From contig NC_057718.1 in NCBI RefSeq assembly GCF_004010195.1, positions 5,173,930 through 5,222,172 on the forward strand: a stretch of DNA of 48,243 nt. The letters run 5' to 3'. The translations under genes were made by a program, and so were the position numbers. This document shows, piece after piece, positions 47,632-48,243 of the stretch. The notes beneath the pieces were generated by a model, which saw nothing but the letters and a program-made list of their open reading frames with translations, did not search any database and was not told where the DNA came from. Origin of the DNA: Chiloscyllium plagiosum (taxonomy: Eukaryota). Positions within the stretch are counted from its first letter, which is position 1; every line of letters starts with the position of its first letter.

Positions 47632-47949
47632 TGGCAGAGTACAGAGATCAGGAAGGGTTGGGGGAAGAAGTTCCAAACTGCAGCAGGACCAAATACCTGA
47701 GCGATCGCAGCTACAGCTAATCCTCCTTGTGTCTCTTCAGCACCAACTGGTCTCTCCCCACAGTCAAAAAGCAGTAAAGCTCAACACAGTACCGTCTGGT
47801 TCATTTAGTGGGTACGAGGGCTGGAGGGGAAGAGGGGCAGACAGTGGATGGGTGAGTGCGGTCAGTCTGATAACAGGACACCCATTTCACATATGAAGGA
47901 TCGAATGCTTCACTTAACAACACCCAGACTCGGTGTTTAATTAAAGTCG

Positions 47950-48243
47950 GTCTGTGTTTGTGAGAGTGACTAGGGCAGTGCATGTGTGTGGGGAGAGACT
48001 GGGCGGGTGGGTGAGAGAGTGCACATGGGCACAGGGCACAGTGAGGCAGCTGCAGTGCAAGTGTATGTGAGTGAGAAAGGGGGGGGGCAGTCATGTGCGT
48101 GTGAGAGAGAAGGTGCAAGGGTGTTTGTGTCACTGAGAGTGAGTGGGGTTTGTGTGTATATGAGTGAGGGTGGGTTGTGTGTGAGGATGGGATCTATGTC
48201 AGTGAGAGTGGGGTGTATGTGAGGGTGAAGTGTGTGTGTGTGA
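47950..48243. repeat. GT/GA-rich low-complexity region
   Basis: Degenerate GTGTGTGAG-type repeats. Confidence 0.7.

Overview
This is vertebrate genomic DNA, most likely from a cartilaginous fish (shark), judged from the HE1/V-SINE-type SINEs, CR1 (HER1-like) LINEs and Penelope-like elements (PLEs). Two spliced genes lie on the + strand, assembled by eye from GT-AG sites with consistent phases. LTV1 (40S ribosome biogenesis factor) has 11 coding exons at 8190-17495 (~472 aa). A ZC2HC1B-like double C2HC zinc-finger gene has 8 proposed coding exons at 22523-47631 (~272 aa); its last three exons are less certain. As I recall, the two genes are also neighbours in human. The rest is mostly nested transposon debris and tandem repeats. 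Main points of interest: (1) several short PLE-derived, often palindromic insertions carrying minimal hammerhead-ribozyme cores, many with 13-16 bp target-site duplications (TSDs); (2) four 63-bp ZNF143-like + CCAAT units forming the LTV1 promoter; (3) a clean twin-priming-type 5'-inverted CR1 insertion; (4) two solo LTRs with TSDs; (5) an intronic degenerate telomeric array and two minisatellites. No prokaryotic system or CRISPR array is supported. All homology calls come from motif recognition, not database searches.
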